From an uncultured Candidatus Rokubacteria bacterium (lineage in GTDB: Bacteria > Methylomirabilota > Methylomirabilia > Rokubacteriales > CSP1-6): 64,000 bases of DNA. A program made the translations under genes and the position numbers. The DNA lies in assembly GCA_963789955.1 (NCBI GenBank), contig CAWBMV010000020.1, forward strand, positions 1 to 64,000, written 5' to 3'. Shown here piece by piece: positions 63,455-64,000 of the stretch; within the stretch, counting starts at the first letter, position 1; every line of letters starts with the position of its first letter. The notes beneath the pieces were generated by a model that was not told where the DNA came from, searched no databases, and saw only the letters and a list, made by a program, of their open reading frames with translations.

Positions 63455-64000
63455 TCGCGGTGCGGTCGGTCTCAGGAGTCCGGCAGGGACTCCCGCCTCA
63501 CGCGTAGCGTCGCAGCCGCCACTCGGAGCCGGTGCTCCCGCTTCAGAGCCACTGCGCCATCCCGGTGCAGCCACGGGGGCGCCGACTCCGAAGCTGTGGC
63601 ATGGCTCCCGGGGCGAAGCTCCGGGTCCTGAGTCCAGAGGAAAACAAGGTGTGAGCTTGGCCTGCCGGATCGCGGGCGGGATCGTACTCGGCTATCTAGC
63701 GATCAATGCGCTCGGCTACATCACCACAATCCCGCGGTGGTTCGCCAAGCTGAGGTGTGATGGGGCGGGCGGATTCTTTCTTGTGGCGGAGTCGAAGCGC
63801 GTCCCCGGTTGACGGCTACGTCACCGTGACCGTGGATAAGCACGGCCGCTTGGTGGACCCGAATGGGCGGATCATTCCGTAGATTGCCGATCCCGCGGGA
63901 GATCGTCCTAGCCGTACCGCTTTTCGCCGGGCTGCTGCGCGACCGCTAGGCAGCCTTCGACGCCATGACCGCGCTACGCCACCCGGTACTTGAAGTCCTG

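Overview
High-GC bacterial window. The expanded ABC_sub_bind and GAF-kinase families resemble Candidatus Rokubacteria/Methylomirabilota; this taxon is an inference. Bases 1-17.3 kb hold a minus-strand type VI secretion cluster: tssA-B-C-hcp-tagJ-tssE-F-G-H-vgrG, two DUF2169 adaptors, a free-standing PAAR-like gene and an RHS gene running off the left edge. tssJ/K/L/M are absent from the window, and the many frameshifts look like read errors. A short core block at 31.2-32.9 kb holds tRNA-Glu, an FxLYD protein and the proteasome activator Bpa. The rest (19-31 kb and 33-64 kb) is an accessory mosaic built on a recurring, ordered scaffold: small ORF W, a conserved promoter/leader, an ABC substrate-binding gene, ORF X (~107 aa), an ATP-dependent ligase fragment, a secreted 'DTVDPRGPKGK' protein, ORF C, and a 232-bp arm ending in a tRNA-Lys 3' half. 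Unrelated cargo genes replace internal parts of the scaffold genes. Notable cargo: three tandem 40-aa secreted peptides sharing an HNETxVxD motif upstream of a TPR gene, a subtilase preceded by a stand-alone copy of its own prodomain, a subtilase with eight Calx-beta repeats, CxxC/HxxC small proteins, and PLD-like and HEPN-like genes. An IS1202-like element with an 18-bp target duplication is also present. All family calls come from motif recognition, not database searches.
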